Shown: positions 1 through 14,493, counted from the first letter of the whole stretch. The stretch: DNA of 63,307 bases, filler included, from Octopus bimaculoides (GCF_001194135.2; 5 parts of 5 records of this genome joined end to end with filler, not necessarily neighbours in it), one strand, 5' to 3'. The notes: generated by a model from the letters alone, not told the origin. Made by a program: numbers and translations.

Positions 1-63
<63 letters not shown>

Positions 64-1364
64 TATATACGTATATATGTATACACATATATACATATGT
101 ATTTATATATGTATATTTATTTATATATATAAATTTATCTATTTGTACATATATGCATATATGTATATATGCATGTATATATGTATCTATGTGTGTATGT
201 GTCTTTCATTTCAGTACAAATATATTTTATATGCACACACATGTACATATGTGTGCATGTGCTTGTGTGTGTGTATGTGTGTGTACGCGCGTGTGTGTGT
301 GTGTGTGTGTGTGTGTATTTTGTATATATCTGAGTTTTTGCTAATGTACTTGCGTGTAACCATTTCTGTATAAGTGTGTTCCTAAGTGTGTGTGTATATA
401 TACATACATATGTGTGTGTGTCTGTGTGTTTGCATGAACGAGAGTTTAAACGTTGTTATATATACTTAATTATATATTTATATATATTCCCTTACGTATT
501 TATATATATTCAATTATATATATAAATGAATGCAGAATTTATTTATGCCCATAATTATCTATCAATATCTACATCTTTACCTATTTAACTTTCTGCGTGC
601 GTGTATAAGTGTGCGAATACATATAAGTATGTAGTATGTACCTACATATCTTCACATAGGTATATATATATATATATATNNNNNNNNNNNNNNNNNNNNN
701 NNNNNNNNNNNNNNNNNNNNNNNNNNNNNNNNNNNNNNNNNNNNNNNNNNNNNNNNNNNNNNNNNNNNNNNNNNNNNNNNNNNNNNNNNNNNNNNNNNNN
801 NNNNNNNNNNNNNNNNNNNNNNNNNNNNNNNNNNNNNNNNNNNNNNNNNNNNNNNNNNNNNNNNNNNNNNNNNNNNNNNNNNNNNNNNNNNNNNNNNNNN
901 NNNNNNNNNNNNNNNNNNNNNNNNNNNNNNNNNNNNNNNNNNNNNNNNNNNNNNNNNNNNNNNNNNNNNNNNNNNNNNNNNNNNNNNNNNNNNNNNNNNN
1001 NNNNNNNNNNNNNNNNNNNNNNNNNNNNNNNNNNNNNNNNNNNNNNNNNNNNNNNNNNNNNNNNNNNNNNNNNNNNNNNNNNNNNNNNNNNNNNNNNNNN
1101 NNNNNNNNNNNNNNNNNNNNNNNNNNNNNNNNNNNNNNNNNNNNNNNNNNNNNNNNNNNNNNNNNNNNNNNNNNNNNNNNNNNNNNNNNNNNNNNNNNNN
1201 NNNNNNNNNNNNNNNNNNNNNNNNNNNNNNNNNNNNNNNNNNNNNNNNNNNNNNNNNNNNNNNNNNNNNNNNNNNNNNNNNNNNNNNNNNNNNNNNNNNN
1301 NNNNNNNNNNNNNNNNNNNNNNNNNNNNNNNNNNNNNNNNNNNNNNNNNNNNNNNNNNNNNNNN

Positions 1365-1397
<33 letters not shown>

Positions 1398-1760
1398 CAT
1401 CTATATAAATACCTATATATATATAAGTACATGTATATACATATTTGCACACACAAATATACCAACATACACACATGAACATACATACATACTTCTATCC
1501 CATATAGTTATGAACGTATTAATTCTAAAGAAATAGCTATTATCTGATTTATTGTTATATTTTATTGTTATTTGTTTTATTGATATTTATAGATATTACC
1601 TTTACCATGGGCCATTTCTTATTGTCTTATTAATATAAATGGATATTGCATTCGGCGAAATATAGCATAACAATAGAGGTATTAATATTAATGTATATTT
1701 TACGTATATCACGTATGGCCGTAGATAGAGACTTATAGTTAGATAGATAGATAGAGACTT

Positions 1761-1833
<73 letters not shown>

Positions 1834-2748
1834 CGTGCACACAAATATAGGGTTTATGGGTTGATAGATAGATGACTATATGTATATTGAGAGTGATGGA
1901 TACATAGAGAAAACCTGATATAGGAAGATACCTTGACGGATAGAGAAAAGGAGAAAAGAATGAGAAAAATATATGCATATAGAAATATATTAACGCATAT
2001 ATGCATATATGTTTGTGTAGCTATATATGTATATATACATATACATACATACATGCATACATATATGTGTGTAGCTGATGAAGAAGAATGTTCTCTATGT
2101 GGCTTGTGTGTTTTCTCGTCTACGTTTTGTTTGCAATGTCCTGTACCCAGATATGCACCTATACATACAGGTGGATGTCGGTATGCACATACCTGTACGT
2201 ATATATGCATATACTCATTTACTATTTGTTTATATATATATATATATATATATACAAACAAATAGTAAATGAGTATATGNNNNNNNNNNNNNNNNNNNNN
2301 NNNNNNNNNNNNNNNNNNNNNNNNNNNNNNNNNNNNNNNNNNNNNNNNNNNNNNNNNNNNNNNNNNNNNNNNNNNNNNNNNNNNNNNNNNNNNNNNNNNN
2401 NNNNNNNNNNNNNNNNNNNNNNNNNNNNNNNNNNNNNNNNNNNNNNNNNNNNNNNNNNNNNNNNNNNNNNNNNNNNNNNNNNNNNNNNNNNNNNNNNNNN
2501 NNNNNNNNNNNNNNNNNNNNNNNNNNNNNNNNNNNNNNNNNNNNNNNNNNNNNNNNNNNNNNNNNNNNNNNNNNNNNNNNNNNNNNNNNNNNNNNNNNNN
2601 NNNNNNNNNNNNNNNNNNNNNNNNNNNNNNNNNNNNNNNNNNNNNNNNNNNNNNNNNNNNNNNNNNNNNNNNNNNNNNNNNNNNNNNNNNNNNNNNNNNN
2701 NNNNNNNNNNNNNNNNNNNNNNNNNNNNNNNNNNNNNNNNNNNNNNNN

Positions 2749-2789
<41 letters not shown>

Positions 2790-3319
2790 TGTTACTGTTG
2801 TTGATTCCCGTCGTTGTTACTCAGAGTTGCACATCCTTAAATATACTTGCGATTTATCAGGTTGCATTTACCGAAGAAAACCCGTGTCTCCTGAGCAGAG
2901 TGGTGGTTAATGATGAAAGCGAATCACGTGGTTAAATGTGATGCAGGAAGACAGTGACAAACGCATTTCACCTCACGTATTAACATGATCTTTCCTTGTT
3001 GGTGTTCTATTGGTCTTACAGACACTAAGAGACCATTGTATTTAGTTGTGTATACTCGTCACATTTTCAAGGCAGCTCTCCAGTTTAGTGTCATTTTGAG
3101 TCTCGTTTTTAGTTTTCTCTACTGTATATTCACTTGTCTGGATCGATTTTCAGTTTTTATGCTCCACGAGTTCCTATGAGTGGTCCCCTCAATGTAAGTA
3201 ATGTAGTATTCTGTGTTCTAATACAACCTCCACGTTAAGTTGGATACCAAGGTTATCTTTTGGTACTAATACTGCTACTGTGGCTATTGATAAGCCCCTC
3301 TGAGCCATACGAATTCTAT

Positions 3320-3660
3320 GAAAGCGTATGGATCAGTGGTTAAAGCGTCAGGCTCACAGTCATGAGGCAATGAGTTCAATTCTCGGACCAAGCTGTGTGT
3401 TATGTTCTTGAGCAAGACACTTTATTTCACGTTACTCCAGTTCACTCAACTATAAAAATGAGTTGTGACGTCACTGGTGCCAAGCTGTATCGGCCCCTTT
3501 GCCTTTCCCTTGGATAACATCAGTGGCGTGGAGAGTGGGGAGGCTGGTATGCATGGGCGATTGCTGGTCTTCCGTACACAACCTTGGCCGGACCTGTGCC
3601 TCGGAGAGGAACTTTCTAGGTACAAACCTATGGTTATTCATAACCAAAGAGGGTTTTTTA
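3320..3660 (+). mobile_element. tRNA-derived SINE family C
   Basis: Colinear with 12830-13165 (TCAGTGGTTAAAGCG...GAGTTCAATTC...GTGACGTCACTGGTGCCAAGC). Confidence 0.8.
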
Positions 3661-3689
3661 CTTTTTGTGGCTATTTATAATTCCTTAAC

Positions 3690-4500
3690 CAATTTGTTTT
3701 CCTCCATTACTCCAGATATCTTTCCAAAGGTTCCTCACTTCTTCAGCATCTGCTACGCCATTCTCTCAATGTTCATTTTCATTGTTCAGCTGTCGGTATA
3801 ATTTCCTGCCATTGTTTCTGAAGAGCCTGTTATGATAGAGATTTATTCTTTGTTTGTATCTAGTATTTTTACCCATCATTGCCTGAATATTTTATTTCAT
3901 CTCTTCTTTATCAGCCTCTGTTTCTGATGTTATATTTTCTTTGGAGTCTCTACTTAAGTCTTTCATTCACCTTCTTTTCTATTACAGTATCCATCCTTTC
4001 AAGATATTTATTGAGTTGCTTAATTTTATTCTCAAGTTTCTTTTTCCATCATGGGCCTTTACTCCATTTTTCTGCTCGACTTTTCACACCAACAATCTCT
4101 ATGCAACAGATACTGCACAGTATATGATATTATTTACATCTGTTTGTTATGTTCTCAACTTTGATTTTTCACGAACAGTTTATCCAACATCTTTACTGCT
4201 TTTCGTAATTTTTCACTTTCGATTCGTCTCAAAGCAAGTCATCTCGTTTTATCCATATTTCTTGTCTCATTTAAACGTTCAAATAAGCTCCTCTCTTTTT
4301 CTATAATATACTTTCCCTCTGTGAAGCAAAATATTATATACAACCTCGCAACTACTCCTTCCCTCATAGGCGATTCATTGATCTTTCTGCTATTTCTTGT
4401 TCAATTTCCTCTCCTGTGGAACTATATTATTCATCTTGCACTCTTCTGAAAATCTCTTCCAACTCCAATTGGAAGGGCCATTGTTTTCTCATTACTTGAC
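3690..4500 (-). pseudogene. R4/Dong-clade (RLE-type) non-LTR ORF fragment, region N-terminal to RT
   Basis: Minus-strand translation GP*WKKKLENKIKQLNKYLER...IQAMMGKNTRYKQRINLYHNRLFRNNGRKLYRQLN...DAEEVRNLWKDIWS resembles the PxWKxRL...NxxF...FWxxIW motifs of RLE elements. Confidence 0.7.
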
Positions 4501-4549
4501 TTTTTATCTAGAAGTCTCCGTTCTCTTTCTCCCTACGTCCCTCCCCTCC

Positions 4550-4584
<35 letters not shown>

Positions 4585-4599
4585 CCTCTCTCTCTTCAT

Positions 4600-5699
4600 A
4601 TTTCAAGCATTCTTTTTCTGCTATCTATTTTTCCGGGCTCACTCCAGTAGTAATATTCCATCACAAGTCTGTTGTCACTCTGAGACCGCCTTCTGCTAAT
4701 CCTTGCCACAGCGGTTGAATAATGACCAGATCCAATCTATAGCAGAACGGGACACTTGCTGCACAAAAGATCTTCATCCAATGACCTAGACTCATTAACA
4801 CTGATGTGACAGGGCTAACAAGAGGTAACATGTAGTCAGGGGTCTTCAAAATGAATTTACAAGTTCTAAAATCTTCCAAGGGCCGCAAAACAATCCTGCG
4901 ACTGTTCTCAGTCGTGGGTACCACGAGTAAAAGGTTCGAGATCGAAGATACTCAGTAAAAAACTTCGTCGCCACATTTGTCGATGTAGAAACCACTTCGG
5001 GGCCTCTTGCCCTAAAGGGCTAGAAAAACTAGGCAAATAAATGAAAACGAAAAACTGTGGAGTCCAGCCGAAGCAGCAACAAGGGCAATACATCCCAGTT
5101 TCGGAAGCAGCATCAGACAAGACTCCTAGAAAGGCACGAGAAACTACAACATTGTCAATCCTGCAACCAAGTCCGCAAATACCCAGTCTCCTAAGAATGG
5201 TAACCAGTGGCACCCACTCCATTGTCGTGTGATAAGGAAGAAACAATGGTTGCAGAGGAAAGAGTACAAACCCGTGAAGAAAACTGTGAAGAAAAAAAAA
5301 ATAAAGGACAAACGTCTGACAAGAGACAACATAAAACAAATTAAAATGGCTGAAGAGGAACAATTCGCAGAACGACCCCCCACCACCACCACTCAATAAA
5401 ATACCAAAAAAAAAAAAAAACGAAGAGGATGAAGGAGAAGAACTTTTATTATTTTTTTTTTTAGAGGTGGAGGATTCTACTTCTATGTCATTTGTTATAT
5501 ATTTTTATTGTTGTGAATTTAATCAATGTAAACGTCATATATTTTGCACTTTGTATTTCGTCCTTTGATAATGTCCTCACTTTTTGGGACCTTGCGGTCA
5601 TAATAATAATAATAATAATCACTATGAATTTTTCTTCTCCCTTTAATTTTGTTTTGTATTTTTTAGCCGAGTGTCTCCCCGACACATGGGGTAAAGAAA
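4600..5699 (+). mobile_element. Degenerate third gag/ORF1-type element
   Basis: Decayed knuckle RRHICRCRNHFGASCPK at ~4970-5015, a GRKTILRL segment resembling GRKTSKVRV, a charged tail, and a 3' end CCCC-GACACAT-GGGG-TAAAGAAA at 5677-5699. The 5' boundary is uncertain. Confidence 0.5.
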
Positions 5700-5867
5700 C
5701 TCACTGTATACATTGATAAGTCATTAAAATAAACACACCTGATTGTTCGTTTACAAAATCGAATAAAGTTATGCAGGAAAGATTATTTGCATGGAAAGTT
5801 CTTATTGTCATTGTTGTTGTTATTTTATTGTTGTTGTCGTTGTTAATTATTCTTATTCTTCTTCTTC

Positions 5868-5902
<35 letters not shown>

Positions 5903-7089
5903 ATTATTATTATTATTATTATTATTATTATTTTATGTTTGACTTTTGTTTTGCATTTGTACAAGTTGGATCCAAGTCTCACCCAGAGACCTCAAGAGAC
6001 AACAAGTTAGAAGTTCATGTAGGTGTTATGCCTAGGGTACCATATATCTGGATTTGTATAGTTTTGTTCTAGTGAATGTTTAAGAAACCATAAGAAAATT
6101 ATGTGNNNNNNNNNNNNNNNNNNNNNNNNNNNNNNNNNNNNNNNNNNNNNNNNNNNNNNNNNNNNNNNNNNNNNNNNNNNNNNNNNNNNNNNNNNNNNNN
6201 NNNNNNNNNNNNNNNNNNNNNNNNNNNNNNNNNNNNNNNNNNNNNNNNNNNNNNNNNNNNNNNNNNNNNNNNNNNNNNNNNNNNNNNNNNNNNNNNNNNN
6301 NNNNNNNNNNNNNNNNNNNNNNNNNNNNNNNNNNNNNNNNNNNNNNNNNNNNNNNNNNNNNNNNNNNNNNNNNNNNNNNNNNNNNNNNNNNNNNNNNNNN
6401 NNNNNNNNNNNNNNNNNNNNNNNNNNNNNNNNNNNNNNNNNNNNNNNNNNNNNNNNNNNNNNNNNNNNNNNNNNNNNNNNNNNNNNNNNNNNNNNNNNNN
6501 NNNNNNNNNNNNNNNNNNNNNNNNNNNNNNNNNNNNNNNNNNNNNNNNNNNNNNNNNNNNNNNNNNNNNNNNNNNNNNNNNNNNNNNNNNNNNNNNNNNN
6601 NNNNNNNNNNNNNNNNNNNNNNNNNNNNNNNNNNNNNNNNNNNNNNNNNNNNNNNNNNNNNNNNNNNNNNNNNNNNNNNNNNNNNNNNNNNNNNNNNNNN
6701 NNNNNNNNNNNNNNNNNNNNNNNNNNNNNNNNNNNNNNNNNNNNNNNNNNNNNNNNNNNNNNNNNNNNNNNNNNNNNNNNNNNNNNNNNNNNNNNNNNNN
6801 NNNNNNNNNNNNNNNNNNNNNNNNNNNNNNNNNNNNNNNNNNNNNNNNNNNNNNNNNNNNNNNNNNNNNNNNNNNNNNNNNNNNNNNNNNNNNNNNNNNN
6901 NNNNNNNNNNNNNNNNNNNNNNNNNNNNNNNNNNNNNNNNNNNNNNNNNNNNNNNNNNNNNNNNNNNNNNNNNNNNNNNNNNNNNNNNNNNNNNNNNNNN
7001 NNNNNNNNNNNNNNNNNNNNNNNNNNNNNNNNNNNNNNNNNNNNNNNNNNNNNNNNNNNNNNNNNNNNNNNNNNNNNNNNNNNNNNNNN

Positions 7090-7127
<38 letters not shown>

Positions 7128-7134
7128 CGACGAC

Positions 7135-7171
<37 letters not shown>

Positions 7172-7368
7172 CTTGGATAACAGTGGTGTTGGATGGTGGC
7201 ACCGGTGGTGGCGGTAGTGGTTGATGATGATGATGATGATGACGACCGACGTTGCTATTGTTTAACTCCGGTTCAGCAACACTGATTCGCCAAAAACTTA
7301 TTATCAAAGACATTCCACAGAGATTCCTCCTTGTTGTCTCTTTCTGTAGTCATGAGGATGATGATGAA

Positions 7369-7459
<91 letters not shown>

Positions 7460-7572
7460 GTGATGATGACGATGACGATGATGATGATGATGATGGTGAT
7501 GATGACGACGACGACGTCGACGTCGACAACGATGACGACGACTACGACGACAACAACGACGACGATCATGAA

Positions 7573-7617
<45 letters not shown>

Positions 7618-7650
7618 GGTGATGATGATGATGATGATGATGACGATGAC

Positions 7651-7739
<89 letters not shown>

Positions 7740-8460
7740 NNNNNNNNNNNNNNNNNNNNNNNNNNNNNNNNNNNNNNNNNNNNNNNNNNNNNNNNNNNNN
7801 NNNNNNNNNNNNNNNNNNNNNNNNNNNNNNNNNNNNNNNNNNNNNNNNNNNNNNNNNNNNNNNNNNNNNNNNNNNNNNNNNNNNNNNNNNNNNNNNNNNN
7901 NNNNNNNNNNNNNNNNNNNNNNNNNNNNNNNNNNNNNNNNNNNNNNNNNNNNNNNNNNNNNNNNNNNNNNNNNNNNNNNNNNNNNNNNNNNNNNNNNNNN
8001 NNNNNNNNNNNNNNNNNNNNNNNNNNNNNNNNNNNNNNNNNNNGGTGGTGGTGGTGGTGGCGGTCGTCGTCGTCGTCGTAGAGATAACGGCATTTAGCGT
8101 GTTGAGTTTAATGATGGCAAGTGTTGTTATTATTATTCTTAAGATTATTGATGATGATGATGATGATGATGACGACGACGACGAGGACGACGATGACGAC
8201 GACGGCAACGACGACGATTATGATGATGATGATGATGATAATGATGGTGATGATGATGATGATGATGACGAAGAGGACGTCGACCACCACCACCACCACC
8301 ACCACCACCACCACCACCACCACCACGATGACGATGATAGTGGTAATGATTGTATCGGTGGTTGTGGTGAAGGTTTTGATAATGGTTCATAAGGATGAAG
8401 ATGGTGGTGGCGGTCGTGGTGGTGGTAGTGGCGGAGGCGGTAGCGTTAATGTTATTGTTT
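7090..8460 (+). repeat. Compound (GAT)/(GAC)/(GGT)/(CAC) trinucleotide microsatellite
   Basis: Read directly; the poly-D/M ORFs are artefacts. Confidence 0.95.
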
Positions 8461-8628
8461 TCTTGATAAAATATTTATCGTCCAATGGATTCTCATCCGT
8501 CATACATTATTTTATATATACATGTGGATGCATATACATGGTACATATACACAAACACATAAAGATATATATATACATACATACATACATTCCTACTCAT
8601 TTCTGTATGTAAGTATATATCGTGTATC

Positions 8629-8660
<32 letters not shown>

Positions 8661-8869
8661 TACACACCTGCATATAATTATGCATTTATGTATTACGTAT
8701 ATATACACATACATACATAGAGATAATAGAAATATATGTGTGTGTATGTGTATGTATGCATGTATATATGTAGGAAGATAGAGAGGTGTGTATGTACGTA
8801 CGCATGCATGTATGTATGCACATAAATATAAGTATGTGTATAAGGCCTTTCTTAGAATGCATATACGCA

Positions 8870-9140
8870 TACACATACAAACACACATATCTATATATGT
8901 ACGTATGTATGCATGTATGTATATACATATATACATATATACACATACTCACCGCACGATCATACGTACATACTTACACACTCACAGAACCACTACACAC
9001 ACATACACACACATATCTATATACGTATGTATGTATGTATGCATGTATGTATATACATATATATGCATACTCACCGCACGATTATACATACATACTTACA
9101 CACTCACAGAACCACCACACACACACAGACATGCACACAT
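8870..9140 (+). repeat. Tandem duplication (~125 bp) built from CA/TA microsatellite
   Basis: CATACTCACCGCACGAT...CACTCACAGAACCAC occurs twice. Confidence 0.75.
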
Positions 9141-9738
9141 ACACGCACACATATGCATTGACGCACATTCATATTAAGAGGGATATTTCCAGAGGAATCA
9201 GTGACCCCTCCAATCCCATCTCATCTCTTACACGTTCTTAATAAATTCCTTCTTAATATTGCTTCAAACGGTTAAACACTATTATGTTATCGAATTAGAA
9301 TACGAGGAAACATTGCGCTCCATTATTATCACGCTGCTGTGACGATATACTCATAACGTCATCATATAAACCGAAGACAGTGTAGATTATCTGCAGATAT
9401 CACACACTTTGAAGTTATTAATGGAAACATTGAAGACTGTTGATAAATTATATGGGATATAGCAATCGTTTACTATAAATGGTACGGTGGTACAGGTACG
9501 GTGGGTGTATATAGATGTGATTACGTAGGTATTATGAGTCTCTGTACGTACGTGTATGTGTGTGTGTGTGTGTGTGTATATGCATGTTTCTACATATGTG
9601 GATGTATGTTTATATGTATATGTAAGCATATGCATGTATATATATATATGTATATATGTGTATACATGCCTGTATACTCACATATGCATACATATATGTG
9701 TGTGTGTGCGTGTGCATGTATAACTGCATATGCATTAC

Positions 9739-9824
<86 letters not shown>

Positions 9825-9924
9825 GTGTATGTATGTGCATGTATGTGAATATGTAATGTTTGTACGTATGTGTTTATGCATGTATCTGTGTATATAAGTG
9901 CTTTCGTATGCATGTAGGTATGTT

Positions 9925-9963
<39 letters not shown>

Positions 9964-10072
9964 TTGAGCGTATGTATCTATGTGTATGCTTATGCGCATA
10001 TATGAATATTTGTATGTATGTATATATGCTTGTATACATGTATGGGTGTATGTATGTAGAAAAACTGTATTA

Positions 10073-10123
<51 letters not shown>

Positions 10124-10804
10124 NNNNNNNNNNNNNNNNNNNNNNNNNNNNNNNNNNNNNNNNNNNNNNNNNNNNNNNNNNNNNNNNNNNNNNNNNNNNN
10201 NNNNNNNNNNNNNNNNNNNNNNNNNNNNNNNNNNNNNNNNNNNNNNNNNNNNNNNNNNNNNNNNNNNNNNNNNNNNNNNNNNNNNNNNNNNNNNNNNNNN
10301 NNNNNNNNNNNNNNNNNNNNNNNNNNNNNNNNNNNNNNNNNNNNNNNNNNNNNNNNNNNNNNNNNNNNNNNNNNNNNNNNNNNNNNNNNNNNNNNNNNNN
10401 NNNNNNNNNNNNNNNNNNNNNNNNNNNNNNNNNNNNNNNNNNNNNNNNNNNNNNNNNNNNNNNNNNNNNNNNNNNNNNNNNNNNNNNNNNNNNNNNNNNN
10501 NNNNNNNNNNNNNNNNNNNNNNNNNNNNNNNNNNNNNNNNNNNNNNNNNNNNNNNNNNNNNNNNNNNNNNNNNNNNNNNNNNNNNNNNNNNNNNNNNNNN
10601 NNNNNNNNNNNNNNNNNNNNNNNNNNNNNNNNNNNNNNNNNNNNNNNNNNNNNNNNNNNNNNNNNNNNNNNNNNNNNNNNNNNNNNNNNNNNNNNNNNNN
10701 NNNNNNNNNNNNNNNNNNNNNNNNNNNNNNNNNNNNNNNNNNNNNNNNNNNNNNNNNNNNNNNNNNNNNNNNNNNNNNNNNNNNNNNNNNNNNNNNNNNN
10801 NNNN

Positions 10805-10841
<37 letters not shown>

Positions 10842-11751
10842 AGAGACTCCTTCCTAACAGATATGGAAGACTCATAAAACAGAAAAGAGAGTCTATTATT
10901 GCTATTATTTCCTGTATTGGCAGAATTTCTGCTCCATCATCACATTCAGAATTTCAATGAGTCCATCTCCAATCATCAATAATTAACCATTCTACGACAG
11001 AGAACAGACTGATATCAAGTTGAATAAAAGAACGTATGAGTCAGGAACCGGAGTCGGTGTAATCCATTGGCACGTCCCCCTCAATATGGCGGGCCTTGGA
11101 CTCTGCAATGAACTGGCAGCGTCCTGTTCAAGTAGAATGGTGTGCTTTTAGTCAGTTGTACATCATGGAAATTGGGTAAGTGGCCATAGGAGACCCCCTA
11201 GGGGCTATGAAAGCTGAACGACAACAAAGTGAATGCATGAGATCGTTGCGCTGATACTTGCCTGAACGCCGATTAGTATGATGATGGTGATGAGGAGGTG
11301 GAGGAGGAGGAGCGGGAGGGGAGGCGAGGNNNNNNNNNNNNNNNNNNNNNNNNNNNNNNNNNNNNNNNNNNNNNNNNNNNNNNNNNNNNNNNNNNNNNNN
11401 NNNNNNNNNNNNNNNNNNNNNNNNNNNNNNNNNNNNNNNNNNNNNNNNNNNNNNNNNNNNNNNNNNNNNNNNNNNNNNNNNNNNNNNNNNNNNNNNNNNN
11501 NNNNNNNNNNNNNNNNNNNNNNNNNNNNNNNNNNNNNNNNNNNNNNNNNNNNNNNNNNNNNNNNNNNNNNNNNNNNNNNNNNNNNNNNNNNNNNNNNNNN
11601 NNNNNNNNNNNNNNNNNNNNNNNNNNNNNNNNNNNNNNNNNNNNNNNNNNNNNNNNNNNNNNNNNNNNNNNAAAAGAAGAAAGAAAAGCAAGGAAGGAAA
11701 GAAAGAAAAGAGAAAGAAACAAACAAACAAAGGAAAGCAAAGAAGGAGGGA

Positions 11752-11846
<95 letters not shown>

Positions 11847-12044
11847 GTGGCAGTATCAAGTCCCAGCACTCCTTTCTTCAAATTCCCACATCAGGGATCT
11901 ATAATGACCACAATTATGTAATCTACCCCTTTAAAAAAAAAAGGCGTGGGGGTCCCCTAATCACCAACCAGGCCGTGGATCATTTGGTACGGAGCCGCAC
12001 AGAAAGAATACATTTTAGGATTTTATTTCTATCTTATTGACCCC

Positions 12045-12240
12045 CGTGGTGAACTGGCAGAATCATTAGCACTATGAACAAAATTGCTTCATCGTCTGTC
12101 TTTACGTTCTGAGATCAAATTCCGCCACGGCGGACTTTGCTGTTCATCCTTTTGAAGTCGATAAAATAAATACCAGGGTCAATGAATTGACAATCTCTTT
12201 CCCCAAATTTCAGGCCCTGTGTTTATAGTAGAAAAAATTT
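12045..12240 (+). mobile_element. tRNA-SINE family B copy
   Basis: GGTGAACTGGCAGAATCATTAGC...GAGATCAAATTCCGCC. Confidence 0.7.
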
Positions 12241-12829
12241 TATTGACTATCACAGTCTGCAGGGTGTTTTCACATTATATGTGTAATCTTTCTTTTTCCG
12301 CTTCATCTTTTGCTTGTTTCAGTCATTTGACTACGGCTATGCTGGAGCGCTGCCTTGAAGAATTTTAGTCGAGCAATTCGATTCCAGTATGCTTTTCTTT
12401 TCCTTGATACTCTTTAAAAGTTATCTGGATGCATTTCTTTTTTCAGGTGTCATCTAAATTATAAATTTTCTATATATTTCGAGTGAACCACTCATCATCG
12501 GAGTCGCTACTGCTCTAACCTGCTGTTGTCTGTGCTACTACAGCCTCTGTTGGAGCAGCTACTAGTGCGACTGTTTTGTTGCCAACAATCCGTTAACTAT
12601 TTCTCTTCTAATGACGGGCGGCTCGCCTGAAATCATCAATGTTCTCTTCACATTTTAAGAAGCTCTTCGCAGTATTTATTTTAAATATATCTTAATGCTT
12701 CAAGAGAATTTCAACGCTCATAGTTATATGTACATGGCTTGATTAAATGTTTATTTTGAGGTTCAGTAATCACATATGCAGACATACATAAATACCTACG
12801 TACATACGTAGTTATATATGTGTGTGAGT

Positions 12830-13165
12830 GAAGGCGCATGGCTCAGTGGTTGGAGCGTCGAGCTTACGATCGTGAGGTTGTGAGTTCGAATCCCGGACCG
12901 GGCTGCGTGTTGTGATCTTGAACAAGACACTTTATTTCACGTTGCTCCAGTTCACTCAGCTGTAGAAATGAGTTGCGACGTCACAGGTGCCAAGCTCTAT
13001 CGGCCTTTGCCTTTCCCTTGAATAACACTGGTGACGTGGAGAGGAGAGGCTGGTATGCATGGGTGACCACTAGTCTTTCATAAAACAACATTGCCCAGAC
13101 TTGTGCCTGGGAGGGTAACTTTCTCGGTGCAATCTTATGGTCAGTCATGACGGAAGGGGGTCTCA
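12830..13165 (+). mobile_element. tRNA-derived SINE family C
   Basis: GAAGGCGCATGGCTCAGTGGTTGGAGCG...GAGTTCGAATCCCGG head; the body is shared with 3320-3660. Confidence 0.85.
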
Positions 13166-13242
13166 GATATATATGTTTGTGTATGTATGTTTGTATGTAT
13201 GTATTTATGTATGTATGTATGTATGTATGTATGTATGTATGT

Positions 13243-13796
13243 GTTAGCAGAGTAGTACGATCTAAAGTGATCTTGGTACAGGCAGTTTGTTAAACTCAAG
13301 CACATACACGGCTTGTATGGATAACACAATTATGTAACCCAAACATGGATGTATGTATGTTTTTCCATAGAGTTTTATTGAAGTTTTTCTTACAAGAGTT
13401 GAAGCCGATCGCTAGCAAAGCGACAAGGCCTTTGGAGTTAAGAGTGTTCCAGGTGTTTGGAAATCTATCGTTGAGCTGCTGTGTTGTTTGAGCTGTCGAT
13501 GCACACACCTAAGTGTCTGCATCTATTCATGCAATGAATCTCACATGGAGAATCTTTGGAATGTCTTATAAGTCTTCACTGTGCCGCAAATAGATTGGAT
13601 TTGAAGAAGCCGCATGTTTCTTTTGGTCTTTCTTCGAAAAAAACCTAGGATTTCTAGGTTTTTGCGTGACTTTGTATGTACATTGTTTAGTGCCCCTATG
13701 AGGATAGCCACAAGTGAGAATTCATAGTCAGGGTACAAGAACTGCACGTTCCGCTTCAAGTGACCATAAATGTTCTATTTTCCTAGACTTTTGATA
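13243..13796 (-). mobile_element. 5'-truncated R4/Dong-like non-LTR 3' end embedded in a (CATA)n microsatellite
   Basis: 13541-13780 reads NIYGHLKRNVQFLYPDYEFSLVAILIGALNNV...LGF...LLQIQSICGTVKTYKTF, resembling an RLE C-terminus (PxxxGALG). (TATG)n lies on both sides. Confidence 0.65.
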
Positions 13797-13897
13797 CATG
13801 TATGTATGTATGTATGTATGTATACAAGTTGTCACTTTGTAACTTTCAGAATCAATTTTAGTCCCGTAGTAGAGAGATTAGACAGACAGACAGACAC

Positions 13898-13985
<88 letters not shown>

Positions 13986-14025
13986 GGATGGATAGATGGA
14001 TAGATAGATAGATAGATAGATAGAC

Positions 14026-14069
<44 letters not shown>

Positions 14070-14360
14070 TAGATGTTTNNNNNNNNNNNNNNNNNNNNNN
14101 NNNNNNNNNNNNNNNNNNNNNNNNNNNNNNNNNNNNNNNNNNNNNNNNNNNNNNNNNNNNNNNNNNNNNNNNNNNNNNNNNNNNNNNNNNNNNNNNNNNN
14201 NNNNNNNNNNNNNNNNNNNNNNNNNNNNNNNNNNNNNNNNNNNNNNNNNNNNNNNNNNNNNNNNNNNNNNNNNNNNNNNNNNNNNNNNNNNNNNNNNNNN
14301 NNNNNNNNNNNNNNNNNNNNNNNNNNNNNNNNNNNNNNNNNNNNNNNNNNNNNNNNNNNN

Positions 14361-14416
<56 letters not shown>

Positions 14417-14461
14417 TATGTCTGTGCATGTGCATATTTTCATATATTTCCTGGTTGTGCA

Positions 14462-14493
<32 letters not shown>

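Noticed and set aside
77-2910. YI/CV/HT-rich and X-filled ORFs here and throughout the window
   Set aside because: Dinucleotide microsatellites and N gaps.
12830-12905. Possible genuine tRNA genes (also ~51464-51530 and ~53720-53790)
   Set aside because: The heads run into repeated SINE bodies and I could not fold convincing cloverleafs; tRNAscan-SE would settle this.
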